Below are positions 49,769 through 64,000 of a stretch of DNA of 64,000 bases, piece by piece. Each line of letters opens with the position of its first letter. Within the stretch, counting starts at the first letter, position 1. The notes beneath the pieces were generated by a model. That model was not told the origin of the DNA. It saw only the letters and a program-made list of their open reading frames with translations, and did no database searches. The stretch comes from Octopus sinensis (lineage: Eukaryota), in assembly GCF_006345805.1 (NCBI RefSeq), contig NC_043001.1, positions 105,400,001 to 105,464,000 of the forward strand. The letters are read 5' to 3'. The position numbers and the translations under genes were made by a program.

Positions 49769-51444
49769 CATATATATACGAACTCGCGCGAGCGCACACA
49801 AACGTACACACACATATACATATATTCATATACGTATATGTTTATATTTGTGAGTAGGGCGGTATATATATATATATTATATATATATATATGTATGTAG
49901 GTTATATTTATATATCTGAATAATGAATTTCAAACTACATTTTGCCTCTGGGCATTAAATGTTTCAAATTAGCGTTTAAGAATTCAATGATCGGAACATA
50001 CAAGCATTATAACAATGACTAAAATTATTTTAACATGAATATTTGTGCTTTATATTATTGGCGTAATCATTTCATTACCAGAAACATTCCACTTGACATT
50101 TCTCTATTCTCTAGACCATTTGCCTTAGAAATATCCTGATAAATGAATCTCAATCACACATTCTACCAAGTATTGAATACACTGCTATCTTGAACATACT
50201 TAACTCATGCGATTAATGAACACTATGTTGTTATTCCACGCTGCATGTTTAGGTAAATAATACCTTCCGATATTTTACCTTAGCCTCCAACATTCAGGCA
50301 TGACTCAGAATCTAGTTAGGCTTTCCACGCTAATTTTCCATGGTTCTTTTGAGAAGGCTTTTTAAAACAACTTCCTTTCAGAACACAGCATATGTGTCAC
50401 AGTTAATAGCTCTAAACCGTCCTAGAATATATTGTTCGTAAGCGTCTTGTAAACACAGGCACTCAAAGAAACGTTATTACTGAATTTTTCTTGTAGAGGA
50501 CGCATTGTGGGTTTAAAATTTTAACTACACATTTTGGTTCATCATGTGATGGTCGGATCCATTTGCTTTTACTTGAACTGTCCATCTCTTTAACGTCATG
50601 GACTAGCCTAGTGTCTGTTCATCAGCTATAAAATAAGAAGTTTTGAACCGCTCAGTCCCTAGGGAGGAAAGTTTTGTTACAAAGGACCTGGGACCTTGAT
50701 GTGAGAACTGTTTGATTTCAACTTGCAATTTTCAGCTTGAACAGAATTCAAACCAGAGTGCTTGATGTTAAGCCCCGTGCCATGCCAATATTTCAATAGA
50801 ATTGTAGCCTTTCTATTCATTTATTCTTTTACTTGAATCAGTCACCTTTCGCGGCCATGCTGGAGCATCGCCTTATCTTCATTTTTATGAGCATTTAAAC
50901 TACACAATATATTGACAATTATTAATGTTCCGCCAGGTCGTTGTATCAAATTTTAGCAATAGTAATATATATTTCTTTGCAGTCTTTGAATTTGTTTATT
51001 ATTATCCATCCTGAATTCATTTAACAAAGGGCAAAATATATCATACCTTAAAACCCCAATTCACACAACCACGTACACACTTTATCGTTAAACTCTCTTC
51101 TGTTGAGATTACAACTACTTCTCCTAATATGATATCGACTTACCTAAATCAACCAACACCATACGTTGCTCAGCTGTTTAGTATCTACCGCAAAAAGTTT
51201 CACTGTTTCCCATTATTCCGCCAATAGACTGTATTCATGTTTATTTCTATCAGCCTTACAAATAAACACGTATAACTATAGACGATTGTGCTGACCTTGC
51301 ACTGAATCGATATTTGTGTGTGAGAAGCGTCTTGAAATGATCGCAAGATAAGTAAATGAGTTTGTGGTATCGGTGTAGCATTATTTCTTTAGTAAACCGC
51401 TTTATCGAATACAGTAATTGAAACATCTTGCATTGCGACATACT

Positions 51445-51660
51445 GTTTTCGAATTTTGGCACAAGGCTTGCAATTACGGGGAAGAAGTGTAAAGTGATTA
51501 CATCGTGGCCGAATGTTCAAATCGTGCTTACTTATCGACACCGAAAGGAAGAAAGGCAAAGTCGATTTCGACGGAATTTGAACTCAGAACGTAATAACGG
51601 ACGAAGTGCCTCCAATAATTTTTTCCGGTGTGCTAACGATTCTGCCGGTTCACCATCTTA
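51445..51660 (-). mobile_element. Family A SINE, decayed
   Basis: gaaaggcaaagtcgatttcgacggaatttgaactcagaacgtaa. Confidence 0.82.
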
Positions 51661-54032
51661 AGCCATACAAAATATTAATCCGTTAGTTTTGGTTCAGAAT
51701 TTAATGACGCAATTAAGTGAATGTGGCTGTTAGAAGAATATTACTAAAGAGTCTTCATACAACTTCAGACACACAGACTAAATTGAAAGTTCATAAAATG
51801 TTATAAACAGCAAATATTTTGATATTTGTGAAGCTTTCCTAAGCAGATATTCAATGATGCGTAACATTTTAAAGTAATTAATGATTTTTTTCAAGAGTTC
51901 TCAAAGTAATTAGTAGCAAATATGAGCGATAATTGGATATTTATTATTAATTTGTGTTTTCCTATGAGGAATGTTCATGAATTCTAATTTTAGATGAAGT
52001 AATTCCATCACTTTCGTAACATGCGATGTAAACTTTTAAAATATTTCTATTGCTGAATTAAAGGTTGAACAAAATTAGCAAATGTCTACATACTTACTGA
52101 CACGAATCTAACACAACTGTCTCCCTTATGCTTTGCTTAATTCATATATTTTCAACAGTCGTCCAGGTGTTTTAGCGTAAGGTGCCCGATTTTTCAAGCG
52201 TTTTATCCATTACTGTTCATTTTATGTATAGATAGTGTATCAAGAAATAGATTATCCATTGTAAACTTGAAAATGATAGTATGTGAATAAATGGAAAATT
52301 ATATAAGATCACGTAGAGTTTACCCTTTGGCTTATATCACTTAAGTTTATTTTAATATTTATTTCAAGTGGACATACCAGCTCCAATTTGCGTTATTGAT
52401 ATAATCACTGGAATCTATGAGAAGAATTGGATTAGATGTTACTTCGTATTAATGTGTTTATTTGTGCGCTAAAATATTCAGTTATTGGGCCATTTGATGC
52501 AATTCGAATGTCAGACAAGGTTAGGAAAGAACACTAAAATTTGTTTATTCCATCGTCAAATCGAAGTTTATTTAAATTTCGTTACTTGAAGCCATTACGA
52601 ACAGCGAGGTGTGGTCAATTCATGATAAACACATCAACACAAGTATATAAAACCAGGCTTGGTATATTTCCATTGTAAATGCTGAAATTCTGACATACTT
52701 GACGTATTAAATGAAATTTAAATTAAATTGATGTCTATAGTTTCAAAAATGCATACACTGCCTTCATAAATGCTGTATGCAACACTACACGAAGTAAATT
52801 ATGTTATATATGTGAATAAGATAACAAGGTACAAAATGAAATGAGGAAGGACCTTTATATTTAAAAACAATTGAGATTCATTTAATGAGAATTATTGACA
52901 TATAAAGTTTTATAATTCATGAAGAATTTATAACTGCAAATTTAATTATGATTCGCCCAAGACTACGACATTACGCCGCGCGTCAGCAGCATGATAATAA
53001 GGAATGTGGTGCCCAAAAGCACTGTGAAGTGTATGAAAATGTGAAATAATGGCGTTAATCAGAACATGTGTCTAGAAATTCCAAACTTCCAATTCAAACG
53101 TCCACTTTGTTGCACATACATTTATTTTATATGATTGACGCTAACATACTAGTATCTGAAAATGAACTGCCCTCATCTTTACAAGAATATGAGATTTACG
53201 AGAAGTGGAGAGAAGCTGAGAAAAAAATCCTTACGCAAATATAAGATCATTCCCTAACAAACTCAATTTGATGCGTAACAAACTCTAGAATTCCAGGATT
53301 GAGTTTCGTTATCAAAATCTTTTGGCGTGTCTGCTGTAGGATGTAGACAAATCGGGTTGACCATAAGTGGACAATATTGCACACCAGCCAAACAAAAAGG
53401 ATTAGCCATCGTTTTAAGAAATGAAGCGCGTCTGACACAAAAACCCTTCAACAGATTTTCGACGGCAAACCTTTCATAGCTGGGATCGTGTTGTTGAACA
53501 GGTCGGCGACTACAAAATACCAGCAGTTAGTTGTTTCCCCGCTTGCAAGCGAGCCTGGTGACTGCAATCAAGATTTACAAGATCCCCCGATCAATCGCAG
53601 AACTCGATCACTGTTGTAGGACTACGTAACCAAAGCGATGGTCTTCATTGTTCAATAATGGACACACATATTTTGGTACTGAGATATATCTGATGATACT
53701 AATACTACAGGTAAAAAATTAATTACGTGCACGTGAATACACAAGTTCTTAAAAATTATTAATTTCCCAACACGCAAAGAAGAGCAATCTGTCTTTTTTT
53801 TTCTTTTGCTATCCATTTGTATATTCTTCTTTAAAAGCCCGAGAAGATATTTATGTCTGCTATTTTATGCGTTTAATATATAAACGTCTGTAGAATCCTG
53901 TGGCCTGCTAAACCTTTCGGCGACCAGTGACACTTATGACGTTTACGTTTAGGTGTAGTCACTGCATGCAGGAAATTGTAGAGAGTATATATTATTGAAG
54001 GCTTTACTTTTGGGTACTATTCAACATGAATC

Positions 54033-54098
<66 letters not shown>

Positions 54099-54254
54099 TG
54101 TGTGTGTGAGAGAGAGAAAGAGAGTGAATGTGTGTGTGTATGTACATATATTTGTATGTACGTGCGTGTGTGTGTGCATGTGTGTACATGTATATACATA
54201 TATACATATACATATATTCATATACATATATACATATACATATATTCATATACA

Positions 54255-54389
54255 TATATACATATACATATATACATATATAATGCGCGACGGATGGTTA
54301 AGAATCCGATTAGAATTGCTTGTACATGTATATACATATATACATATATAATGCGCGACGGATGGTTAAAAATCTGATTAGAATTGCTT
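54255..54389. repeat. 68-bp tandem duplication anchored in (TA/CA)n
   Basis: ataatgcgcgacggatggttaa.aatc.gattagaattgctt at 54280 and 54348. Confidence 0.85.
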
Positions 54390-55237
54390 ATAGTGAGGAC
54401 AGTTAATTAATTTTTTAATTGTATTATGGATGGTGGAACTATGATTGTCTCATCTTATTACACAATACAGTGAAACTTATATTTTGTTCTCGTTTGATGA
54501 AAAATACAAAACATTGCTATTATTTTCTACTAGATCAGACATTTTTCCAAAATAATCACTTTTAAAATTTAAAGCAACTACATTGTTTTATAATATAGAA
54601 TTTCAATATTCGAACATACACTTATCGTACATCTTACATGTTATAATCTTTTTGCAATACTCACAGGTGACGTTATTTGACTAGATTGTTTCTGCGATGT
54701 GTTTAAGACGAATGTGATTATATTTCATTGCACATTACCCGAATACTTTTAGAATATTCTTGAATTTCGAGAGACGCCACTATCAGCTAGTCAGTACTAA
54801 ATCTATTGGCAATGTATTGGATACAGACTAATTTACAAGTATCAATATCGGTGTCACAAATTCACAGTTTGCAAAGAGCAACCATTTGCTCTACATCTTA
54901 GTCATGCGTAACAAAGACACTACTTACTGGCCCAAACCACATAAATTTGACGTTGTTTTCAATAGCTGGATTAATATGAAATGTTATCTGCAGTCTGTCG
55001 TATTCATGTGTTAAAACACATTATTATTTCTAGATAAATTATTTAAAAAAAAAAAGAAAAATTATAAAGAGAACGGCAGCAATGAGTATATTTAATTACT
55101 GACAGATCCAATTGCTCCAAACATCACGAATAGTTTTAATGTTAAACGGAATTACGAAAATAACGAAAATGTATTTTGACGCCAACATTTTATTTTTGAT
55201 TGAATACAACATCTGCTTCTTTCTTTTATTCTCTCCT

Positions 55238-55636
55238 TTATTTGTTTAAGTCATTTGACCGTGGTCATGCTGGAGCACTGCCTTTAGTCGAACCCAATTC
55301 GACCCCAGGACTAATTTTTTTGTAAACCTAGTACTTATTTTTATCGGTTTCCTTTGCGGAACTGCTGGGTTACGGGCATATAAACACACCAACATCGGTT
55401 CCAAGTGATGGTGGGTGGAGGACAAATACAGACACACAGACATATAAACACACACACGCACCCCATACACATACATATATATATACATATACGACCGGCT
55501 TCTTTCAGTATTAGTCTACCAAATTCACCGGAGGCTATAGTAGAAGACACTTGCCCAAGGTGCCATGCAGTAGGACTGAACGCGAACCATGTGGTTGTTA
55601 AACCACCTACTTAGCACAGAACCACACCTGCGCCTA
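55238..55636 (-). mobile_element. Family B SINE, near full length
   Basis: The shared body ends in ccacacctgcgcct, the head on the minus strand. Confidence 0.9.
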
Positions 55637-57429
55637 TAGATTTTTTATATTTTTCTTGTATTTCTCTTCATTGTTAGACGCTGGGTTCCAGAATCGTTAG
55701 GCCCTTGTATAAAATGTCTCGCGATATTGACTTCGGTTTGCCCATTTTGAATTCTAACACTACCAAGTTTAACCTTGTCTTTCACCCTTCCTAGATCGAT
55801 AAAATTAAGCATCGATCTGGAACTAGAATCAATGGTATAGAACACAATCTTCCTGTTATAACTGAACCTACTCTAATGTTCTCCATAATGAATCTCTTCT
55901 ACGGTTAAATGTAAGCTTGAAGTTATTACTCATAATCTGGCTTGTTTATGACATCAGGTTTAGAGTATATCAATAAAATGAAAAATTATGTCAGAGTTTC
56001 AATAATGGCTTCCTCTGATGTCACAATGTGTTGGATTCTAATAGTAAAATCTAGATGTGTATTTCTATTCGTTTAGTTAAGAAATAAATGTTCCTATTTT
56101 AAGTCCAGCCTGCAGCATATTCTTATATAGATGCGATGAAAAATGTGGTGTAGGCTTGAGAAATGGTGATAGGTACATGATGTATGAAGCAACATACGTT
56201 ATGTTTCTCCTTAATTTTTTCTCAACATAATGACATGTTGATTAACAGTTGTTCACTTCTTGCAATAATTTGTTTTCTCTGTGGAAGCGATCAGCACTTC
56301 CGCAGTCTAAAGCTGCCATTACTGATGCTATTTGATTTTGGTTCCTTTAATTCTTTGCTGTCATTCTATAAGATTCAATATAGCAATGTTGTATATCTTC
56401 CTTTCGTAATATATTACATCTCTCAGAAGTTGCACATACATCTCTTTTATTGAAAACTGCATTACCAGCTTTTACATCGAATGTTGCGTCAAGGGTTTCT
56501 TTTTAGGATCAAGTAGTTACTTTTTGCTTTTTACTTGGCCATCGAATAATGTTAACTTGCACAATATAGTCGTTTCTATCTTTCTTACACAGAAGTGATG
56601 AATGAATCAATGTTCTGACTGACGCATATAACATTTCAAATACTTACTCACCTTAGGGTCATTACTAGCTAATGGCATGTGACAGTTTCCACAGTTCACA
56701 TAACGCAATATAAGCAAAGCTTGTTACAAATGCAGAATTAGCAAGTGCATAATAAAATAGGAAGGTTTTCATGAAGAGAAAAACACCCACGAAATAACTG
56801 GTTTTTTTTTGTTTTTGAACCAACTATTCACAGAATAAAATATTTTGCAGTATATATTAACGAAATATGCTGCCATTGTACATAACTACGCGTGTGTTTG
56901 TAACTCTGATATTCACATCTCAAAGACTGAAACATAATCTCTTTCGTCTTAACAAAGGATGTGGAAATTATATTTGTCAGGTTTCAGCATTGAATGAAAA
57001 CGGAATTCCAATGCTGCATAATTGAAGCTTTTATAGTCTTGTAAATCTCCGAACACTTTGAAATGAAATCTCCGATGGTCTTTCTTTTTATGTTTTCGAT
57101 TGTTTTTACCACTTTTCCAAAATTAACCCTAGAAGTGACCAGTTGAATGTACTGCAAAAAACAACTTAGCTTTCTTATTTACTTATATTATTATTATTAT
57201 TATTATTATTACTTTGGTGTAGCATGAATGAAGACTATTTGACTCTGCTTCGGGTGTGGTCATAAGTCACGTGATTATTCGATTTATTTTTATTACATAT
57301 TCATCTTAGGTGGACCACTGTGTACTTATGAGAATGAAATGCTGGAGAGTGAATAAAACAAAATACACATGCAAACACTCATGCAAACATGCAAACATGC
57401 AAACACACACACATGCACACATACATAAA

Positions 57430-57520
57430 CGCACGCACATACACACATGTATGCACATACACACATGTATGCACATACACACATGTATGCACATACACAC
57501 ATGTATGCACATACATGCAC
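57430..57520. repeat. 18-bp minisatellite (ACACATGTATGCACATAC)n
   Basis: About four copies are visible. Confidence 0.85.
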
Positions 57521-57599
57521 ACATACATACATAAACACACATTCTCTCTCTCTTCTCTCTCTGTCACCTACACACACACACGTATATATATATATATAT

Positions 57600-57783
57600 C
57601 CCCTTCGCTACATTTGCGGTACCTGCCAGAGGGAGTGTTTGTCCAGGATAGGACTACACAACCACAGCAGGAAATGTATCAGGACATGAAATATAAAAGC
57701 CGGACTAGACTACAAAAAAAAAAGCGCAACTCCATTGTCTCCCGAGACAGAAAGGATGCCAATACAATACAATACAATACAAT

Positions 57784-57790
<7 letters not shown>
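57600..57790 (+). mobile_element. RTE/BovB-type LINE 3' end with an (AATAC)n tail
   Basis: YICGTCQRECLSRIGLHNHSRKC C2H2 terminus, 3'UTR hairpin tgtctcccgagaca, then (AATAC)n. Confidence 0.8.
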
Positions 57791-57834
<44 letters not shown>

Positions 57835-57929
57835 GCGTTTCCAGGCATCAGTATATGTGGGTGACGATTCTTTGTAAACTATATGAATTTATTCTGTAAT
57901 GAAGCAGATCATTAAAAACTTCTTTCACT

Positions 57930-59990
57930 GGATTGAAGATAACAGACTCTTTGCCACATTGTTCTAAGGCTTATAAAATTGCGTGCTTTTTTACTGTTCT
58001 GCAGATTGCGTTTGTAGCATACTCGTTAGCTGGATGATCTTTTTTTCTGAAAATTCCAGCTTACGCAGATTGTCCAACAGGTATTTACTAACGAAATCTA
58101 GTACCGCAATTATTATTGATATAAATATGGATTTGTAGCATGGGTACAGAGGATGAAAGTTTCGGTGCAGCTGTCCCTATATATCCCTTTACCTTTTGAT
58201 TTTCAAAGGATATTCTCCTCAACTGGGCAGCTGCCTTCTATGGCAGTATATATATAGATATTTCTTTTTTGTGCCAAACTAAGATATCCAGGTTTATTTC
58301 TTTGCACCTGGTTGACATTTTGATGGGAATGTTTCACCAAAGTTTTGTTGATCAATATGGGATATTCTATAACAGGATTTTCTGTATATTTATTCCAAGA
58401 GAGACATTTTTTCACAGATGCCATTTGATATTGTGACAACGTTATCGCGTATATTTAAGTGCTTCTAATAATCGCATACCTGATATCTTCCACAGTAATC
58501 GACATTTTCAGTTCTTCTAAAAGGTCTTCAAGAGATCTACTGTTTCGTTTTGTACAAGGCATTTCATAACGATCACATTCGAGGTATGATCAATAAATAT
58601 CTGCTGCCATAGTAACGAAGTTAAAACTCGCAGAGCTTGGCACGATTGACCTTGAACTCTGTTGTGTATGTGCAATAAGTTTTAACATTGCGTTGTTTAC
58701 AGCAGCGCTTGTAAAGAATGTGTGTAGCATGTGATCATCGCATTGACCGTGACAGAGAAAGTTGTCATGGTGACACCTGCGCAGAGGCCAGCGTAAAGTT
58801 GCAGAAAGTGTATGGAGAAGAGTGTACAAGCCATACACAGGTGTGTGAGTGGTTCGGACGTTTCCAAGACGTTTGAAAAACTGTCGATATTGATGAACGT
58901 TCTCGGAGACCCGCAACCAGCAAAACTGAGAAAAACATCGCAAATGTGTTTGCGGCTGTGAGGTGTAATCGTCGAATCACCATCCGTGAGTTATCAGAGG
59001 ATGTGCAGATTAGTTACGGTTCATTCAGTTCATTATCAATGCAGTTTGGATAGGAGACGCGTCTCTGCCAAGTTTGTGTCAAATCTATTTTCAGCTGATC
59101 AAAATGACACTCGGGTTTCAGTTGCACAAGATCTCCTTGATTGTGTCGTGAACGATGAAAACTTTTCGAAAACTTTGCGTAGGCCCATGAGCAATTATAG
59201 CCAAGCTTTTGGCAAAAATTGATTCAGATTCTCCGCTCAACGTGTTCATGGTCAAAGCGACGATCACGCGCTACACGCCTTCCTTCCAAGCACTACTGTA
59301 AACAGGGGAAGTAAGCTAGAACATTAAAACCTAGTGCGCATGCACAGCAGAATTTACGGTCAATCTGCTCCAAGTGGCCTCACTCTCCCTGCTTTAGTGC
59401 CGTTAATATAGAAACAGTCCGGATACTTATTGATCAGCCAACGTACACTGTAGACGTAGATATACGAGCTGACGTATCGGTCACGTGTAGAAGAAAGGGT
59501 CTCCATGTTGACTTTGGTGTTGTCTTCTCTAAGTCTTCGGGAAACTTATGCAGATATAATCCTATATTTTTTTGGGAATGGTGAGTGTTTCATATGCAAG
59601 TCTTCGTTGAAATATATTTGTCCAGCTGTTGAACGGGCGAGTAGGGTCCGCCAGCAAGTCACTACTTCATGTTCGTCTCACGTAGGTTGTTGTTCACTTT
59701 TCATGTTTTAAAGTTTATGCAATGAATACCTTGGAATAATCACTAGTACTGCAAATGCATTATGGGATATTGTTTTGTCGTAGGATGAGGAATCCGAACG
59801 CCATTTTCCATAAGCCTGGTGTGAAGTTTCAGTCCATTCAATTATTGTTCATAGCATTTTTGTACGACATATTTGCATCAATGGCTATGGATTCGTAGCA
59901 TAGTTGAAACATGGGTAATAGAAAAACGATTGATGCATGGATTTCTGGATTCGGACACTGCTTTTCCGAGGCCTACAAATCGGGTACAAA
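57930..59990 (-). mobile_element. Decayed RLE-type non-LTR element interrupted by a mariner
   Basis: 57930-58560 minus reads VEDI..RDNVV..NIPIK..RCK.NKP.ILVW..IEGSCP.E.NI (RLE motifs). 59500-59990 minus has RT-C-terminal-like remnants (SYDKTISHNAFAV). Joining the two parts is inference. Confidence 0.5.
58580..59443 (+). mobile_element. Internally deleted mariner (HTH region retained, catalytic domain lost)
   Basis: TIRs cgaggtatgatcaataaatatc and gatacttattgatcagccaacg|TA. Remnants CEWFGRF..DERSRRP..NRRITIRELSEDVQISYGS..RRVSAKFVS (WVPHEL-equivalent). Confidence 0.88.
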
Positions 59991-60505
59991 CACTCCTCCT
60001 TACGAAAATCCAATTTCTACGTTAGTTGGAAATGATACATGTATGTATAATAATAATAATAATGAAATTATTGTATATGCACATATGGATGTATATATGC
60101 ATATATGCACATATGTATGTATACACTACACATAATCATTAGTCTATATGGATATACCATTCACAATAACAAACATCCTTGTATTTTTATTTGCAAATAT
60201 ATTTATATTTACAAGAAATTTCAGTCCTAAAATGGTGGCACCAACATTTGGGAATCTGATTCACATTCATGAAAATTTTAACTTCTGTACATTACAATTT
60301 GAAAACATTACAATCGTATTAAATACAAAATGCATTGATAAAGAAAGAATGCCAAACTCAGAGAAGTATGAAAAAGCCTAAATACAATTTCTCAATCCAC
60401 TAGAATGTCTATCAGGTTAGAAAATATGTAAGCGAATTGTTCGGTGTATGCCATTTTAGTTTTTGTTCACCGTTTCCATTGTTTTTACTATTACTAATTG
60501 TTGCA

Positions 60506-60690
60506 AGGCGGCGAGCTTCCAGAATCGTTAGCACGATGCGTGAAGTGCTTAGCGATATGTTCTGAGTTCAAATTCTGCCAAGGTCGACATTGCCTTTCCT
60601 CCTAAATTACGTATCAGTTGATCATTGGGGTCGATCGAATTCATGCCCCCTCCTCTGAGATTGCTGGCTTTGTGCTAAAATTTAAAATCA
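60506..60690 (+). mobile_element. Family A SINE, decayed
   Basis: aggcggcgagcttccagaatcgttagcac..gagttcaaattctgccaaggtcgac. Confidence 0.82.
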
Positions 60691-61948
60691 TTATTACTAT
60701 TTTTTGAAGCTATTGTTGTTCAACAGATTCCACAGATCTGCAATTAAAATTATTCAAGTTGTTCTCACCCAGTTTTCTAAGCGTATTCAGGGCCACTTTT
60801 TCTAATGCTTCGTCTGACCACCGACTACGTGAGGATTCATTACTTGGTTGATTAATATGGCGGTTTATTGCTTTGGTTGTTATTTATAAATCGACGCAAC
60901 GGTTTCTTTGGGTGAATAAAGAGAACTATTTTATCTAATGTTTCTTGCACACATTATCATGGTAAAATATGACCAGTAGGAGATTTGGCCCTTATTTGTA
61001 GCAGGTCAAAATAGAAATGGACAAACGTAGATTGAAATATATGAGTAAACCCGTACTCATTGTCATACACAGTCGAATTATACTGCCTCTGTGTTATGAA
61101 ATTAAATAAAAAAATATCTGCAGCTAAAATTCTTTTGGAGTTTATTCTATATGTATAAATGATATGCTGTGTTGCATGAGATCAGTTATTTCCCTTGTCA
61201 AAACATACTTGGCCTTATGGCACTCTGAATATTCATCATTAATATTCATAGAATAATTCTATTAAAATGCAGAAATTGTCAGGATAGCTCTAATAATGTA
61301 TGAAGACTTTTAGCTTTGGTTCTAAACCTTCTGAAGCCAAATAGTTCTGCAACGAAAATGTTTTTCCCTGGCAGTCGTATAATCCTGTATACATTGTCTT
61401 CCTGAAATGATTGGCCAAACACCAACAAAGAAAATGGTAAATATACTAGATGACTTATCGCATTGATTATATCAGCACTTAGGGCTTTGAGTTAATTGTG
61501 ATTTGCACTATAAATAGACTGGAATACAAAGGCATTTTAAAATCGTTACCAATGCAACATTGATTGCATTTAAAACCAGTGGACGATTCGTGTCATGTTT
61601 GACTTCAACTATATTTCAGTGTAAGAATAAAAAGATATCTAATATAACTTGTCCCATTACTTCGACGGACATTTTTCTGATGTATGTATGTGTTATTGAT
61701 GTAATATGAGAAGCATAATACGTGGTACGAACACTAGTAAAATTAAATGTTGTCCAGTGCTGTATTCCTGTTATTAATAGAATTGTAAAAGAAGATTTCT
61801 ATACAAATCAAAGGATATTTCATCGGTACCATTGTTGCAAACTATAAGTTTTAGTCGTTAAATTGTTTTAGATACTAACGGAATATCTTTGAATAAATCA
61901 GTATATTATGATGTGAAACCGAAACGTTGTTATACGCACGTATATAAA

Positions 61949-62005
<57 letters not shown>

Positions 62006-62317
62006 GTGTACATGCGTATGCACTTAGTCAACCCCACACGCGTACGCACATTTTCATGAGATAGTTTTACAAAAAACATGCTGCATGTAAAACAAGTGCA
62101 CAATCTCATTTGGAAATTATTTGATTATAGGAACATGGGAAATGTGAGTTTTATGTGTAGCTGAGGCAGGGCAAAGTATTGTTATATACACGCTTCGCCA
62201 AAAAGATAAAAAAAGAACAAACTGGAGAAACGTACGGCGGAATAGATGCCTGTAAACGTGTACGAACAACAGAGAGACGTAAGCACGTGATGGCGTGTAT
62301 GTGTGCATCTATTTATA

Positions 62318-62319
<2 letters not shown>

Positions 62320-62406
<87 letters not shown>

Positions 62407-62555
62407 TGTGTGCGTGTGTATGTGTTTGTGTATTTGTGCATGCGTGTGTATATATATACGGAGAGCGATAAAGACAGACATATATGTATACATACATGTA
62501 AATATATATACATATATTTACACATGCAAATATATTTGTACGTGTGTGTAGTATA

Positions 62556-62590
<35 letters not shown>

Positions 62591-62641
62591 TTTATATATG
62601 TATACATACATACGTATATATATATATATATATAATATATG

Positions 62642-62732
<91 letters not shown>

Positions 62733-62869
62733 TATGTATATATATACATATATATATATATATTATATATATATATATGTATCTATACATATTCATATAT
62801 ATATAAATAAATAGATTGATACACATATATGCATTATGTATATGCATGTGTGTATAGTGTGTGTATATA

Positions 62870-62916
<47 letters not shown>

Positions 62917-62940
62917 GAGAGAGAGAGAGAGAGAGAGAAG
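62320..62940. repeat. Long compound (TA)n/(TG)n/(GA)n tract
   Basis: Directly visible. Confidence 0.95.
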
Positions 62941-63245
62941 GTATAGATAATTATGTAGATAGATAAGTATATATATTTATTTATTTATGTAGGTCTTTGT
63001 GTAGAGCGAGGGGACAAACAAAAGAAAGATGCTCTCAACACATTTATTCAGAGTTAAATATATATGACTTAAAACAGCCCGATTTGGCCTCGTGCGCCCT
63101 CAAGTTTCGTAGCCTTGTCATAGGAACCAAGCACGTCAGTTCCTAACGTCTGTCTGAGCTCCACAAAATAGCTTTCTGTGACGAGACTACGAAACTTCTA
63201 GTTGCTTGGAGCAGAACCAAACACATTTAAGGAATAAAACATAAT

Positions 63246-63455
63246 GCAAGCTGGCAGAATCGTCAGTGCGCGGGGCAAAATAATTAGTGCTAGTTTGTTA
63301 TACTTTACTTTCTGAGTTCAAATGTTACTGAGATGGCCTTTACTTTTCATCCTTTCGGGGTCGATAAAATAAGTAGAAGTTGAATATTGTAGTCGATTTA
63401 ATCGAACTACCGCTCTCCTGAAATTGCTGGCCACATATCAAAATTTGAAACCAAT
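63246..63455 (+). mobile_element. Family A SINE followed by (CTAT)n/(CCAT)n/(TA)n to about 63673
   Basis: agctggcagaatcgtcag..ttcatcctttcggggtcgataaaataagt. Confidence 0.82.
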
Positions 63456-63495
63456 ATTTCAATATCTATCTATCCATCCATCCATCCATCCATCC

Positions 63496-63530
<35 letters not shown>

Positions 63531-63544
63531 ATCTATCTATCTAT

Positions 63545-63609
<65 letters not shown>

Positions 63610-64000
63610 ATATCTATCTATATATCTATCTATCTATATATATATATATATATATATACATATGTATATATATAAGCGCAATGCATTCGTGTTGTATGAT
63701 TTGGCCAGTGTCTTTCTGTGAGAGAGTGTACCACCGTGACTGCGTATTGCTACATATGGTCAAATAACTAAACACTTGGCATATACGTGCACACGTACCT
63801 ACTTCTAAATTATGTACATTTGTATTTGGAAACAGATCGGCGAATGGAGTTCTTTCTGTAGTAGTGCCTACAGCTTCTACCTGTCTAGAAAACATTGTCT
63901 ACGATATTTCAACCCAAACTGAGCATTATGAATGCTACATGCTCCATCCTGCTGAAAGCTAATCAAATATATTACGATACAAGAATATACACCGTTGGTT

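Noticed and set aside
61900-61940. ATGATGT..GAAACGTT as another hammerhead (similarly 30447-30470)
   Set aside because: The core is too degenerate and stem II does not pair, so it cannot be told apart from chance in AT-rich DNA.
2975-63455. tRNA genes or CRISPR-like arrays
   Set aside because: A/B-box-like heads all belong to SINEs and do not form complete cloverleaves. No regularly spaced repeat-spacer array is present.

Overview
AT-rich eukaryotic DNA, very dense in microsatellites and repeats. The SINE families look like those of Octopus; this is an inference from recognising the repeats, not from a database search. I could not support any host protein-coding exon, and nearly all listed ORFs are microsatellite translation artefacts. 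The only long real ORF is a young, 5'-truncated CR1/L2-group LINE reverse transcriptase (45287-47033, minus strand). The rest is tRNA-derived SINEs (four families), decayed R4/Dong-type RLE, RTE, L1/Tx1 and Penelope-like (PLE) retroelement fragments, Tc1/mariner derivatives, non-autonomous Helitrons, and three near-identical 1.0-1.5 kb tandem duplications bounded by (TA)n/(CA)n. The most interesting signal is a set of short non-coding modules, mostly sitting beside (TA)n tracts. Several are fold-back hairpins of 200-370 bp, and many carry type-I hammerhead-ribozyme-like folds with variant cores (U3:A8, U6, C4). One 1-kb module carries a tandem array of them. These look like PLE pseudo-LTR or retrozyme-like elements. 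Also notable are a Helitron whose interior is replaced by a LINE ORF1-like fragment, and a 1-kb Tx1-like insertion with an 11-bp TSD inside a SINE tRNA head. Coordinates were read by eye, and those of decayed repeats are approximate.
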